NCBI GenBank assembly: GCA_964610385.1
Contig: CAZSXW010000004.1
Span: forward strand, 21,452 to 85,451
Reading direction: 5' to 3'
Source of the DNA: an uncultured Actinomycetota bacterium
GTDB taxonomy: Bacteria; Actinomycetota; Humimicrobiia; Humimicrobiales; Humimicrobiaceae
DNA length: 64,000 bases
The notes under the pieces were generated by a model, which saw only the letters and a program-made list of their open reading frames with translations, made no database searches and had not been told where the DNA came from. The translations under genes and the position numbers were made by a program. Position 1 is the stretch's first letter, and the number at the start of each line of letters is the position of its first letter. Positions 9,905-20,650 of the stretch are shown here, piece by piece.

Positions 9905-11065
9905 ATGGAAATAGAAATTGGTAAAGGTAAAACCGGAAGAAGATCCTACGGCTTTGATGAAATATCAATAGTTCCCAGCAGAAGAACCAGAGATCCCGAG
10001 GATATTGATATTTCGGTGAATATTGGAAAATATAAACTGGAACTGCCTGTACTGGCTTCGGCAATGGACGGTGTCGTGGATGTCAGATTTGCAATCGAGA
10101 TGAGAAAACTAGGCGGTCTTGCCGTATTGAATCTGGAGGGCCTTCAGTGCAGATATGAAAATGCGGATGAGGTTCTGGATAAAATATCGAAATTTTCGCC
10201 GGGAGAGGCCACAAGAAAGATGCAGGAGATTTATAAAGAGCCTATAAAAGAAGAATTAATTTCAAAGAGAGTAAAACAGATAAAGAAGGAAAGCGATATT
10301 ACCTGTGCCTCGCTGACGCCCAAGAATGTGGAAAGGTACTATAAAACGGCACTGGATGCCGGTCTTGATATTCTGGTAATCCAGGGTACGGTAGTAAGTG
10401 CCGAGCATGTCAGCAAGTCAAAAGAGCCCTTGGATCTAAAGAAATTTATTCCTAAATGTCCTGTTCCGGTGATAGTCGGCGGGTGTGCGTCATATTCGAC
10501 CTCCCTGCATCTCATGCGTACAGGAGCGGTAGGCGTCCTTATTGGTGTAGGTCCCGGGGCAGCCTGTACTACAAGGCAGGTACTGGGTATAGGTGTTCCT
10601 CAGGCAACTGCTATTTCAGATGCTGCAGCAGCAAGGATAAGGCATCTTGAGGAAACAGGTGATTATTCACTGGTGATAGCTGATGGGGGAATGCGTACCG
10701 GTGGAGATATCTCGAAAGCTATTGCCTGCGGGGCTGATCTGGTAATGGTAGGCTCTCCGCTTGCAAGGGCCAGGGAAGCTCCGGGAAGGGGTTACCACTG
10801 GGGTATGGCCACCTTTCATCCAGATCTTCCGCGGGGAACAAGGATAAAGACAGATGTAGCTGCTACACTTAGAGAAATACTGATCGGTCCTGCATTTGAA
10901 AATGATGGGACTTTGAATCTATGCGGAGCACTGAGGACTTCAATGGCTACATGCGGTTATGAGAATATAAAGGATTTTCAGAAGGCTGAGGTAATAGTTG
11001 CTCCCTCCATAAAAACAGAAGGGAAACTTCTCCAGCGGAAGCAGCAAATAGGCATGGGATTATGA
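9905..11065 (+). CDS. IMP dehydrogenase-family protein lacking CBS domains (GuaB3-like; could instead be a GMP reductase)
   Basis: An IMPDH catalytic-loop-like [11 protein letters not shown] motif and the TIM-barrel length without a CBS insert. It sits immediately upstream of guaA. Confidence 0.6.
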   Translation: MEIEIGKGKTGRRSYGFDEISIVPSRRTRDPEDIDISVNIGKYKLELPVLASAMDGVVDVRFAIEMRKLGGLAVLNLEGLQCRYENADEVLDKISKFSPGEATRKMQEIYKEPIKEELISKRVKQIKKESDITCASLTPKNVERYYKTALDAGLDILVIQGTVVSAEHVSKSKEPLDLKKFIPKCPVPVIVGGCASYSTSLHLMRTGAVGVLIGVGPGAACTTRQVLGIGVPQATAISDAAAARIRHLEETGDYSLVIADGGMRTGGDISKAIACGADLVMVGSPLARAREAPGRGYHWGMATFHPDLPRGTRIKTDVAATLREILIGPAFENDGTLNLCGALRTSMATCGYENIKDFQKAEVIVAPSIKTEGKLLQRKQQIGMGL

Positions 11066-11066
11066 T

Positions 11067-12599
11067 ATGGACAGTGTATTTGTCATTGATTTAGGTGGTC
11101 AATACAGCCATTTGATAGCCAGGAGAGTCAGGGAGCTGAGGGTTTATTCAGAGCTTATTCCCTATGATATTGCAATTGATAAAATAAGGCAGATGAAACC
11201 AAGGGGTCTCATACTTTCCGGTTCTCCCTACAGCATACTGTCGATAAATAAAGATCTCCTTAGATTTAACAAAGAGATCCTGTCTGTAGGTATACCGGTT
11301 CTGGGGATATGCTTTGGTATGCAGCTTATTACCAAACTTTTGGGTGGGAAGGTCACCAGAAGTGGGAAGAATGAGTACGGAAAGACAAAGGTAAAGATAG
11401 ATTCTAAGTCGCCTCTTTTTAAAGGGCTGAAGCCAATGGAAACCTGCTGGATGAGCCATAAAGACAGTGTGTCAGAAATCCCTCCCTCTTTTAACATTAT
11501 AGCTTCCACAACCAATATACCCATTGCAGGTATAGAAGAACCTGTAAAAAAGATTTACGGGATACAGTTTCACCCGGAAGTGATACATACTCCATCCGGC
11601 ATGGAGATACTAAAGAATTTCCTTTTTGGTGTCTGCGGGTGCTCCCCAACATGGACCATGGTTTCCATCATTGAAGAACAGGTAAGGAAAATAAGAGATG
11701 AAGTGAAAGGCGGGAGGGTGATATGCGGCCTAAGCGGCGGAGTGGATTCATCTGTTGCAGCAGTTCTGGTAAATAAAGCAGTAGGAGAGGCGCTCACCTG
11801 TATTTTTGTTGATCATGGACTGCTCCGGAAAGGGGAGGCAAATAAAGTTATAGAGACGTTTAGAGAAAATTTTAAAATCAATCTTATCCATATAAATGCA
11901 AAGGAAAGATTTCTTAAAAAACTGCAAGGAGTCTCAGAACCGGAAAAGAAAAGAAAGATAATAGGCAATGAGTTTATAAGAATATTTGAAGAAGAAGCAT
12001 CGAAAATAAAGGATGCGGATTATCTGGTGCAGGGGACATTGTATTCTGATGTCATAGAAAGCGGCACCCGGGACGCTGCAAGAATAAAATCACACCATAA
12101 TGTAGGAGGGCTTCCTGATGATATGAAACTCAAACTGATCGAGCCATTAAGGTTATTATTTAAAGATGAAATAAGGAAGATAGGAAAAGAGCTTGGTCTT
12201 CCCGATGAGATAGTATGGAGGCAGCCTTTTCCAGGCCCCGGATTGGCCATAAGGATAATCGGTGATGTTACAGAAGAAAGGCTTGAGATACTCAAGAATG
12301 CAGATGCTATAGTGACCGAGGAAATAAAAGGAGCAGGTCTGTATAAGAAGATCTGGCAATCTTTTGCAGTACTCCCTGCAATAAAAAGTGTGGGAGTAAT
12401 GGGTGATGAAAGGACATATGCATATCCTATAATAATAAGGGCGGTAAACAGTGTCGATGCTATGACTGCGGATTGGGTAAGGCTTCCTCATAAAGTCCTG
12501 GAAAGAATAAGTACCAGAATTGTAAATGAGGTTGAAGGAGTTAACAGAGTAGTATATGATATAAGTTCAAAGCCGCCCAGCACTATAGAGTGGGAATAG
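11067..12599 (+). CDS. guaA: GMP synthase (glutamine-hydrolysing)
   Basis: 510 aa with an N-terminal GATase (GICFGMQ), an ATP-PPase SGGVDSSV motif and a C-terminal dimerisation domain. Confidence 0.9.
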   Translation: MDSVFVIDLGGQYSHLIARRVRELRVYSELIPYDIAIDKIRQMKPRGLILSGSPYSILSINKDLLRFNKEILSVGIPVLGICFGMQLITKLLGGKVTRSGKNEYGKTKVKIDSKSPLFKGLKPMETCWMSHKDSVSEIPPSFNIIASTTNIPIAGIEEPVKKIYGIQFHPEVIHTPSGMEILKNFLFGVCGCSPTWTMVSIIEEQVRKIRDEVKGGRVICGLSGGVDSSVAAVLVNKAVGEALTCIFVDHGLLRKGEANKVIETFRENFKINLIHINAKERFLKKLQGVSEPEKKRKIIGNEFIRIFEEEASKIKDADYLVQGTLYSDVIESGTRDAARIKSHHNVGGLPDDMKLKLIEPLRLLFKDEIRKIGKELGLPDEIVWRQPFPGPGLAIRIIGDVTEERLEILKNADAIVTEEIKGAGLYKKIWQSFAVLPAIKSVGVMGDERTYAYPIIIRAVNSVDAMTADWVRLPHKVLERISTRIVNEVEGVNRVVYDISSKPPSTIEWE

Positions 12600-12629
12600 A
12601 TATAAGTAAAAAAAATTAAAGGAGTGTAA

Positions 12630-12914
12630 ATGAAAGACAGCTTCAAGGAGAAGTTGAAGAAATACAGAGAAGAAATAAACAAAATCGATAAAAGTCTGGT
12701 AGATTTTCTAAATAAAAGGGCTGAAGTCGTAATGAAAATAAAGAAACTAAAGGAAGACAGGGATGTACCACTGTATGATGCAAAAAGGGAAGAAGAATTA
12801 ATCAATAATATAATTAAGTATAATAAGGGCCCCTTATATAATGATAACGTAATACAGATTTTTGAGAGCATCCTTAGAAATGTTCAGGTTCTGGAAAAGG
12901 ATGAGAACCTATAA
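12630..12914 (+). CDS. Chorismate mutase (AroQ class, about 94 aa)
   Basis: A short all-helical protein with AroQ-like motifs (KYREEINKIDKSLVDFLNKRAEVV), adjacent to DAHP synthase. Confidence 0.65.
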   Translation: MKDSFKEKLKKYREEINKIDKSLVDFLNKRAEVVMKIKKLKEDRDVPLYDAKREEELINNIIKYNKGPLYNDNVIQIFESILRNVQVLEKDENL

Positions 12915-12996
12915 TAATTACTGCAGCGCATGTATGTTTTAAAATCATAACATAAAAGGCAATGGTCAATTTGAAAATTGGAAAGATGAATCTTAA

Positions 12997-13815
12997 ATGG
13001 AGAAAAAGAAAGAAAAAAACAAAAAGCACAAAGATAAATATGATATAAAACTTATTGAGGAAGGGTATATAACTATAATCGGAGGTCCCTGCGCTATCGA
13101 GAGCTGGAAGCAGCTGGATGCTACCGCGAAAATAATAAAGGATGCGGGTCTTTTATTTATGAGGGGTGGAGCTTATAAGCCAAGGACATCTCCCTATAGT
13201 TTTCAGGGGCTGGGAGAAGAAGGACTTAAGTATCTTAAAGAAGTCAGTATTAAATACGGCCTTAAAACAGTCACTGAAGTGACTGATACCGAAAATGTTG
13301 AAATAATAGCTGAGAACGCAGATATACTTCAGATAGGCACCAGAAATATGTCAAATTTTGAGCTTCTTAAGAAAATTGGCAGAGTAGCAAATGAGAGGAA
13401 TAAAAGTGTCATCCTTAAAAGGGGATGGGCATCTTCAATAAGAGAATGGTTGCTTGCAGTTGAATATATAACTTTGAGAGGGAATACAGAGGTAGTTCTG
13501 TGTGAAAGAGGAATAAGGACATTTGAGACCAGTACCAGGTTTACTCTGGACCTATCGGCCGTGCCTGTAATTAAAAAACTAAGTAAGCTCCCCATAATCA
13601 TCGATCCTTCTCACGCTACAGGGCAAAGTGATCTGGTCATCCCGATGAGCAGGGCAGCAGTTGCAGCAGGAGCAGATGGTCTTATAGTGGAGGTCCATGT
13701 CGATCCCTCCAAAGCACTCAGTGACGGGCAGCAGTCTTTGAATGCCAAGGAATTATCGGAGCTTGTCCGTCAGGTCAAAAACATCGCCGGTGTCATAGGA
13801 AAGAAAATTAGATAA
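12997..13815 (+). CDS. aroF: 3-deoxy-7-phosphoheptulonate (DAHP) synthase, type I-beta (KDO8PS-like)
   Basis: IIGGPCAIES, a GG(A)YKPRTSPY element and an HATG metal site, at a length of about 270 aa. Confidence 0.8.
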   Translation: MEKKKEKNKKHKDKYDIKLIEEGYITIIGGPCAIESWKQLDATAKIIKDAGLLFMRGGAYKPRTSPYSFQGLGEEGLKYLKEVSIKYGLKTVTEVTDTENVEIIAENADILQIGTRNMSNFELLKKIGRVANERNKSVILKRGWASSIREWLLAVEYITLRGNTEVVLCERGIRTFETSTRFTLDLSAVPVIKKLSKLPIIIDPSHATGQSDLVIPMSRAAVAAGADGLIVEVHVDPSKALSDGQQSLNAKELSELVRQVKNIAGVIGKKIR

Positions 13816-13826
13816 GTTAGTAAGAC

Positions 13827-16055
13827 TTGAAATTAGAAAAATATTTAAATCCCCAGCAAATTAAAGCAGTTAAGAACACTGAAAAACCGCTGCTGGTCAT
13901 TGCGGGCGCAGGAAGCGGCAAGACCAGGGTACTTACTTACAGGATAGCATATCTTATAAAAAACAGGCAGGTGGACCCCTTTAATATTCTCGCCATCACC
14001 TTTACCAATAAGGCAGCAAGAGAAATGAAAAGAAGAGTAATAGAACTGGTGGGCAGCGTGGGCGAGTATATGTGGGTAAGCACCTTTCACTCATTCTGCG
14101 CCAGGCTGCTGAGGTATGAAATACACCATCTGGGCATGTCCAGAAATTATGTTATCTATGATGCCGATGATACTCTCAGCCTTATAACAAAAGTTGAAAA
14201 AGAGCTGGATATAGATATCAGGAGGTTTCCTCCCAAAGCTGTCAGGGCAGTTATAAGTGATGCAAAAAATAAGCTCATAGATTATGAGGCCTTTGCAAAA
14301 AAAGCCGTTGATTATTTTGACAAAACAGCTGCTAAAATCTATGCCTTATATCAGGAAAAGCTTTTCAAGGCGAATGCACTTGATTTTGACGACCTACTTA
14401 TGTTCACAGTAGATGTTTTAAGGTTATTTCCCGAAGTAAAAAAGAAATATCAGGAAAAGTTCAAGTATATTCTTGTAGATGAATTTCAGGATACCAATAT
14501 TGCACAAAACGAGCTGGTGGTGCTTCTGTCTGAAAGACATAAAAGGATCTGCGTCGTCGGAGATGATGACCAGAACATATACAGCTGGCGGGGTGCGGAG
14601 ATCAAGAATATTATTGATTTTGACCGTAAGTTCAAGGGCACAGTGGTTATCAAACTGGAGCAGAATTACCGATCCACTCAGAACATATTAAGAGCAGCCA
14701 ATTTCATCATAAGCAATAACGAAAACAGGAAGCATAAGAAATTATGGACAGAAAACCCGGATGGCGAAATGGTCTCTAAATATATTGCCCCGGATGAGAA
14801 AGTTGAAGTGGATTTTGTAGTAAGAAATATTGAAAAATATATGAAAGAAAAAAACAAAAAATATAAGGATTTTGCTGTTTTTTACAGGACCAACGCCCAG
14901 TCCAGGGCGGTGGAGGAATACCTGGTAAAACAAAACATTCCCTACAAGATCTATGGAGGCCTTAGATTTTATGATAGAAAGGAAATAAAAGATATGCTTG
15001 CCTATATGAAACTTATTACCAATCCCAGGGATGTTGTAAGTCTAGTAAGGATAGTAAATGTCCCCAGACGTAAAATAGGAAAAACTACGATTGGAATTAT
15101 AGAAAAGTATGCCAGGAAAAACAATATGACTTTTTGCCAGGCCTTTTACAACAGCGAAACTATACCTGCACTTAGTGCCAGTGCAAAGGAGAGGATAAAT
15201 AATTTTATATCCCTTATTACTGGTTTCAGAGATTTCGCATTGGAAAACGGTGTAAGCAAAGTGCTTAAGAACATATGGTCAAAAACAGGTTATATGAAAG
15301 AACTGGAAAGAGAAAATACTATAGAAGCCCTAAACAGGATAGAAAATTTAAAGGAACTTTTAACTGTTACCAAAGAATATGAGGAAAAAGCGGAAGAGAC
15401 TGATATAGCCGCTGCCACATCTGTAGAGGTCAGGCGTAAAGATGAAGCTGTCAGCTCTGAAGATGACGAAGGCTTTTATAATCTCAACGGATTTTTGGAA
15501 GAGGTATCGCTTCTTACTGACATTGATAATTATGATGAGAACACAAACGGGCTGGTCCTTATGACTCTTCACAACGCCAAAGGGCTTGAGTTCCCGGTAG
15601 TATTTATAATAGGTATGGAGGAAGGGATTTTTCCGCATTCCAGAAGTATGAACAGCGTAGATGAGCTGGAAGAGGAGAGAAGACTTTGCTATGTGGGTGT
15701 CACCAGAGCTAAAGAAAAAGTTTTTTTATCTTCTTCACAGTCCCATAGTATTTATGGAGACACAAGTTTCAGAAATATTTCAAGGTTCGTAAAGGAAATA
15801 CCGGAAAATCTGGTTATCGATGAGAATAAAATAGAGTCCGAAAATCTGGAGCGGGGTAGAGTGGCCGACAAAGACGGTTACGGAGGATATCGCAGGTACA
15901 GGAAAGGCGATCTGATAGAGCATAAATACTGGGGACGGGGTAAGATTTTAAAAGTAAAAAAATTGACCGGTGACAGTGAGCTGGATGTGATGTTTAACAC
16001 CGTAGGTATGAAGCATCTACTGCTTAGCTTTGCCCCTATAAAAAAGATAAAATAA
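13827..16055 (+). CDS. pcrA: ATP-dependent DNA helicase PcrA/UvrD
   Basis: Walker A (AGAGSGKTRVL) and the SF1 helicase motifs (a DEFQDTN variant, and QNYRST), with a C-terminal Tudor-like tail. Confidence 0.9.
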   Translation: MKLEKYLNPQQIKAVKNTEKPLLVIAGAGSGKTRVLTYRIAYLIKNRQVDPFNILAITFTNKAAREMKRRVIELVGSVGEYMWVSTFHSFCARLLRYEIHHLGMSRNYVIYDADDTLSLITKVEKELDIDIRRFPPKAVRAVISDAKNKLIDYEAFAKKAVDYFDKTAAKIYALYQEKLFKANALDFDDLLMFTVDVLRLFPEVKKKYQEKFKYILVDEFQDTNIAQNELVVLLSERHKRICVVGDDDQNIYSWRGAEIKNIIDFDRKFKGTVVIKLEQNYRSTQNILRAANFIISNNENRKHKKLWTENPDGEMVSKYIAPDEKVEVDFVVRNIEKYMKEKNKKYKDFAVFYRTNAQSRAVEEYLVKQNIPYKIYGGLRFYDRKEIKDMLAYMKLITNPRDVVSLVRIVNVPRRKIGKTTIGIIEKYARKNNMTFCQAFYNSETIPALSASAKERINNFISLITGFRDFALENGVSKVLKNIWSKTGYMKELERENTIEALNRIENLKELLTVTKEYEEKAEETDIAAATSVEVRRKDEAVSSEDDEGFYNLNGFLEEVSLLTDIDNYDENTNGLVLMTLHNAKGLEFPVVFIIGMEEGIFPHSRSMNSVDELEEERRLCYVGVTRAKEKVFLSSSQSHSIYGDTSFRNISRFVKEIPENLVIDENKIESENLERGRVADKDGYGGYRRYRKGDLIEHKYWGRGKILKVKKLTGDSELDVMFNTVGMKHLLLSFAPIKKIK

Positions 16056-16061
16056 TTTTTA

Positions 16062-17174
16062 TTACTTCAAGTTTTCAGGATTTAAGCACTCAAGTTCAGT
16101 AATTACAAATTGCCCGTCCTTACGTACCAGGACATCATCGAAGTAGATCTTTCCGCCTCCGTATTCAGGTGTTTGTATGCATACCAGGTCCCAGTGTATG
16201 GCAGAGTCATTTCCATTGGATGCTTCCTTATAGCATTTACCGGGGGTAAAATGGAAGCTTCCCATTATTTTTTCGTCAAAAAGGGTGTCTTTTATGGGTT
16301 TTGTTATATAGGGATTAACACCCAGTGAAAATTCTCCTATGTACCTTGCTCCCTGATCAGTATCAAGGATATCGTTGATTCTTTTAGTATAATTGGATTC
16401 TGCCCTGGTTATTTTACCATTTTCAAAATGAAGGCTTATATTTTCAAAAGTAATACCCTGATAAACAGCTGGACAGTTATATGCAAGCCTGCCGTTTACG
16501 GAGTCTTTTACCGGAGCTGTAAAGACCTCACCGTCCGGTATATTGAATTCACCGTCACATTTTATGACCGGGATGTCTTTGATGGAGAAGGAAAAATCGG
16601 TGTCCTTCCCTGTTATATGGACCTTATCTGTTTTACTCATGAGTCCTACCAGTTTGTCCATTGCCCTTGACATCTTGCCGTAGTCAAGATTACACACATC
16701 AAAGTAAAAATCTTCAAAAGCTTCCAGACTGGTATTTGCCAGCTGGGCCATGGAATTATTGGGATATCTTATATTCACCCACTTGGTGTTGTCAACTCTT
16801 TCCTCGGTGACCGGCTTGGCGTAGTATTTCATAAAAGCATTCATTTTTTTGGACGGAATGTCGCTTAATTCGCTGGCGTTATCGCCTGCCTGTATCTTTA
16901 TAAATGCATCCATTTCCTTCATGCGTACCAGTTCATATCTTGAAAGGGATTTCAGCTGCCCGCCTGTGCTTTCTTTTAGCAGTTCCCTGGTGATACTGCT
17001 GTCTCTTAGTTCTACATAGGGTAATCCTCCAGCATTATATATTTCCTTTATGAGAGCTCTGACTAGTGGAATTCCTGAACTGCCTGTGCAATCAATCAGA
17101 ACGTTTTCACCTTTTTTTATCCTGCAGGAGTAACCAGTCAGGTTTTTTGCCAGCTTTTTTAGTCTTGGATCCAT
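16062..17174 (-). CDS. Aminopeptidase, M29 family (AmpS/aminopeptidase T-like)
   Basis: 370 aa with M29-family conserved segments, convergent with pcrA and separated from it by only 6 bp. Confidence 0.7.
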   Translation of the reverse strand: MDPRLKKLAKNLTGYSCRIKKGENVLIDCTGSSGIPLVRALIKEIYNAGGLPYVELRDSSITRELLKESTGGQLKSLSRYELVRMKEMDAFIKIQAGDNASELSDIPSKKMNAFMKYYAKPVTEERVDNTKWVNIRYPNNSMAQLANTSLEAFEDFYFDVCNLDYGKMSRAMDKLVGLMSKTDKVHITGKDTDFSFSIKDIPVIKCDGEFNIPDGEVFTAPVKDSVNGRLAYNCPAVYQGITFENISLHFENGKITRAESNYTKRINDILDTDQGARYIGEFSLGVNPYITKPIKDTLFDEKIMGSFHFTPGKCYKEASNGNDSAIHWDLVCIQTPEYGGGKIYFDDVLVRKDGQFVITELECLNPENLK

Positions 17175-17263
17175 ACAATCGCCTTTTCTAATTGATTTAT
17201 ACCGTCTGTTTATAAAAACCCATCATTCAGCTATTTCTCAGTAAACTGTTATAATATATTAAC

Positions 17264-17944
17264 ATGAGGATTCTTATTATTGAAGATGAAAAAAAACTGG
17301 CTGATTCAATAAAAAAAGGATTGGAACAGGAATCGTATGCCGTAGATGCAGCCTATGAGGGCAATGATGGATTCGGCCTGGCTGTGACTTGCGATTATGA
17401 TCTAATAATACTGGATTTAATGCTTCCCGGGATGGATGGCATAGAGATATGCAGGAAATTAAGGGAAAAGAATATAGATACCCCTATCATTATGCTGACT
17501 GCCAGGGGTCAGATCAAAGACAGGGTGGAGGGTCTTAACTCAGGGTCTGATGATTATCTGGTAAAGCCGTTTGCCTTTGAAGAGCTGCTGGCCCGTATAA
17601 AAGCATTATCAAGAAGGCCTAAAAGCAATACCGGACTGGTGCTCTCTGTAAATGACTTAAAGCTTAATACGTTGACCTATGAAGTCACAAGGTTTGGAAA
17701 AGAGATCAGACTTTCAAAAAAAGAATATGCTCTTCTGGAATTTCTGATGAGGAATAAGGGAAAGATCCTTACAAAGAAACAGATAATCGATCACGTATGG
17801 GATTATGATGCTGACATACTTCCCAATACTGTAGAAGTCTATGTCGGTTATCTCAGGGATAAAATTGACCGGCCTTTTAAAAACAATAATCCGCTTATTA
17901 TTACTGTCAGGGGTTTTGGCTATCGATTGGGCGGTGATGGGTGA
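17264..17944 (+). CDS. OmpR-family response regulator
   Basis: A receiver domain (DLMLPGMDG) followed by a winged-helix trans_reg_C domain. Confidence 0.9.
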   Translation: MRILIIEDEKKLADSIKKGLEQESYAVDAAYEGNDGFGLAVTCDYDLIILDLMLPGMDGIEICRKLREKNIDTPIIMLTARGQIKDRVEGLNSGSDDYLVKPFAFEELLARIKALSRRPKSNTGLVLSVNDLKLNTLTYEVTRFGKEIRLSKKEYALLEFLMRNKGKILTKKQIIDHVWDYDADILPNTVEVYVGYLRDKIDRPFKNNNPLIITVRGFGYRLGGDG

Positions 17945-18978
17945 TGTTTCGCTCGGCACGGATCAAATTGACCTGCTGGTATCTTCTGGTCATCGTTATA
18001 ATATGTGTCCTTTTCAGTGCGGCTATTTACCGGGGAGTTGATGTAGAACTCACAAATCGCTTCGAAAATATAGAAAGGCAGATAAATCTTTTACCACGGA
18101 TAATAGTAATAAGGGCTCAGATAAGTCTTAAAGACTGGATTAATATCAGAAATATTCTATTGAAAGATCTTCAGATCGCCAAGCGCAGACTGCTGATCAG
18201 TTTAATATTCGCCAATGGTTTGATCATTGTACTATCGGCTATCGGAGGGTATTTTTTAGCCGGTAAGACTCTGAAGCCTATAGAGGAGATGGTAAGAGAG
18301 CAGAACAGGTTTGTTGCTGATGCCTCCCATGAGCTCAGGACGCCTCTTGCCTCACTAAGAACTTCCACCGAAGTGGCGTTAAGGAATAAAAAAATGAAAC
18401 TAAGTGAAGCACGTGAAGTCCTTAAGAGCAATCTTGAGGATGCAGCGAGTCTCCATCTTTTATCGGACCGTCTTTTAAGCCTGACTCAGTATCAGAAAGG
18501 TAGCAGTGATCTAATATTTGAAAAGGTGAAGATAGTAGATGTTATCAAGAGTGCATATAAAAAGATTGCTCCTATAGCTAGAAGAAAGAAGATAAAAATA
18601 AAAATGGATATCCAGCAGGGCAGCCTGAAAGCTGATAAGATAGGCCTACAGGAGATGATAACGATTATTATGGATAATTCTGTAAAATACACTCCCAGCG
18701 GAGGAAAGATAGAAGTCTCTTCAAAGACCGAGGGTAGAAAGATAGTTATAAAAATAAGCGATACCGGCGTAGGCATAGACAAAAAGGATATATCCCATAT
18801 TTTTGACCGTTTCTATAGAGTAGACCAGTCAAGATCAAAGGCTGAAACGCCTGGTTTCGGCCTGGGTTTATCAATAGCAAAGAGAATAGCAGAGCTTCAT
18901 AATGGTTCTATAGAAGTATCAAGCATTAAAGGTAAAGGTTCTGTGTTCACTATAAAAATTCCCCTAAAAAAAAGCTGA
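17941..18978 (+). CDS. Sensor histidine kinase (two transmembrane helices, HisKA plus HATPase_c)
   Basis: An H-box (ADASHELRTPL) and G-box (DTGVGI, GLGLSI). Its start overlaps the response-regulator stop (ATGA). Confidence 0.85.
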   Translation: MMFRSARIKLTCWYLLVIVIICVLFSAAIYRGVDVELTNRFENIERQINLLPRIIVIRAQISLKDWINIRNILLKDLQIAKRRLLISLIFANGLIIVLSAIGGYFLAGKTLKPIEEMVREQNRFVADASHELRTPLASLRTSTEVALRNKKMKLSEAREVLKSNLEDAASLHLLSDRLLSLTQYQKGSSDLIFEKVKIVDVIKSAYKKIAPIARRKKIKIKMDIQQGSLKADKIGLQEMITIIMDNSVKYTPSGGKIEVSSKTEGRKIVIKISDTGVGIDKKDISHIFDRFYRVDQSRSKAETPGFGLGLSIAKRIAELHNGSIEVSSIKGKGSVFTIKIPLKKS

Positions 18979-19078
18979 TTTAAATTTCTAAATTTTAAGA
19001 AATTCTTTCTTTTTTAAGCTTATTCTCAGTTTATTGAGTTATATTAAAGTTGAAATATAAAAATTTTAGGAGGAAAAA

Positions 19079-19597
19079 GTGAGGAGAAAATCCTTAAGAA
19101 TAATGGTTGTTTTAGCGGCAAGCTTTTTTATGGTTTCTTTTATTGGAATGGCCTGTACGGATGAGCTGAATGCGGCCGGTGATGAAGATGATGAGAGCGA
19201 TTATCCGATTATAGTGGAGCAGCTGGCTGAGAAGCTTGACCTGGAACCTGAAGAGGTTTTTGAGGCATTTAAGGATATAAACAAAGATAGAAAAGAAGAG
19301 CTAAAAAAGAATTTCAGACATAAACTGGATAAGGCAGTCGAAGAAGGGGATATCACCAGAGAGCAAGAGGAAGCACTGATAGCAAAGAAAAAAGAAGTAT
19401 CGGAACAATTACAGAAAATAAAAGATCTTCCTCAAGGTAAGAGAAAGGAAGCTCTAGAGGATGTGGCCAGTGATTTAAAGGACTGGGCAAAAGAAAATGA
19501 TATTGATTTTAAAGATTTGTTTCCGCTTGCAGCTAAAAAGCTTATCAGAGCCAAAAGACTTTTAATCAGGCATATCTTGAGATTCTTCGCAGGATAG
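19079..19597 (+). CDS. Hypothetical secreted/lipoprotein-like acidic coiled-coil protein
   Basis: A GTG start with a good RBS, a signal peptide with a possible lipobox (GMAC), and highly charged E/K-rich content. Confidence 0.45.
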   Translation: MRRKSLRIMVVLAASFFMVSFIGMACTDELNAAGDEDDESDYPIIVEQLAEKLDLEPEEVFEAFKDINKDRKEELKKNFRHKLDKAVEEGDITREQEEALIAKKKEVSEQLQKIKDLPQGKRKEALEDVASDLKDWAKENDIDFKDLFPLAAKKLIRAKRLLIRHILRFFAG

Positions 19598-19619
19598 TAC
19601 CTCCAGCGCCAGCAAAAAG

Positions 19620-19649
19620 AAAATGCCCCTTACCATAAAGGGGCATTTT
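19620..19649. terminator. Bidirectional intrinsic terminator between convergent genes (AAAATGCCCCTT, accat loop, AAGGGGCATTTT)
   Basis: A perfect 12-bp stem flanked by an A-run upstream and a T-run downstream. Confidence 0.8.
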
Positions 19650-19668
19650 CTACGTTTTAATTGTCAAT

Positions 19669-20649
19669 TCAGATTAAGAAATGATCATATCCATGTTTTA
19701 GCAGTGGTTCTTCCCGGCCTTCTTTAAGGAGTCTTACTCTTTTCTCTACAGTTATTTTTCCCACCATAGAACCTTTTACTTTATTTACATTTTTTCTTGA
19801 GACAGTGTATACAAGCTCAAAATCTTCTCCACCGTATAAGGCATAATCCAGGGCATTTTCCTTACAGGACTCGGCCGCTTTTATGGTCTCAGGGTTTATA
19901 GGAACCAGGTCAGGATAAATGACTGCACCGGTGTTGCTCTGCTCGCATATTCTTGTAACTTCCGAAGCAAGCCCGTCCGAAACATCGATCATGGCATTGA
20001 TATATTTAAGGAAAGGCCTGACCTTGCCAAATTGTGCTTCCGGTTCCAGGTGTTTCTTTTTTGTCCGGTTAAAGCCCTTTTTATTTCTTAAAAAAAGCTT
20101 CAAGCCTGCCGTACTTGAGCCAAGGTCGCCGCTTACAAAGATCAAGTCACCGGGCCTTGCACCCGAGCGTAGTTTTAGATTTTTCTTTTTTACCTCTCCT
20201 ATCATACATATATCTATAATAAGCTGTTTTCCGTGGGTTATATTGCCGCCTATTATTTCAATTTTATATTTGGCACCTTTTTGCCTCATGCCTTCATATA
20301 TATTCTCGATTATTTTTACATCTATGTCTTCGGGCAGGACCAGGGAGACCAGAAAATACTTCGGCTCTGCTCCCATAGCTCCAACATCGGATACATTGAT
20401 TTCCACTGCTTTTTTACCAATCTGCTCGGGTGTGAAATATTTAAGTGAAAAATGGTCTCCTTCGACCAGGGTATCGGTGGTAAATACAAGATACGTGCTT
20501 CCTGCTTTTATAACGGCAGCATCGTCGCCTATACCTTTTATTATTTTTCTGCTGGCAGGCTTTTCAGCAAGCCTCTCTATCAGAGCAAATTCTCCACCGA
20601 TTTGTGAGACATTAAGTCTTGATTTACTATCGGCTTTTTTACCGATCAT
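19669..20649 (-). CDS. thiL: Thiamine-monophosphate kinase
   Basis: 326 aa with AIR-synthase-related PurM-like N- and C-terminal domains (GDDAAV, TTDTLVEGDHF). It is the last gene of the thi operon. Confidence 0.8.
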   Translation of the reverse strand: MIGKKADSKSRLNVSQIGGEFALIERLAEKPASRKIIKGIGDDAAVIKAGSTYLVFTTDTLVEGDHFSLKYFTPEQIGKKAVEINVSDVGAMGAEPKYFLVSLVLPEDIDVKIIENIYEGMRQKGAKYKIEIIGGNITHGKQLIIDICMIGEVKKKNLKLRSGARPGDLIFVSGDLGSSTAGLKLFLRNKKGFNRTKKKHLEPEAQFGKVRPFLKYINAMIDVSDGLASEVTRICEQSNTGAVIYPDLVPINPETIKAAESCKENALDYALYGGEDFELVYTVSRKNVNKVKGSMVGKITVEKRVRLLKEGREEPLLKHGYDHFLI

Positions 20650-20650
20650 C

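Noticed and set aside
12488-12871. 127-aa minus-strand ORF overlapping the chorismate mutase gene
   Set aside because: It is antisense to a conserved gene, with low-complexity Ser/Leu/Phe-rich translation.
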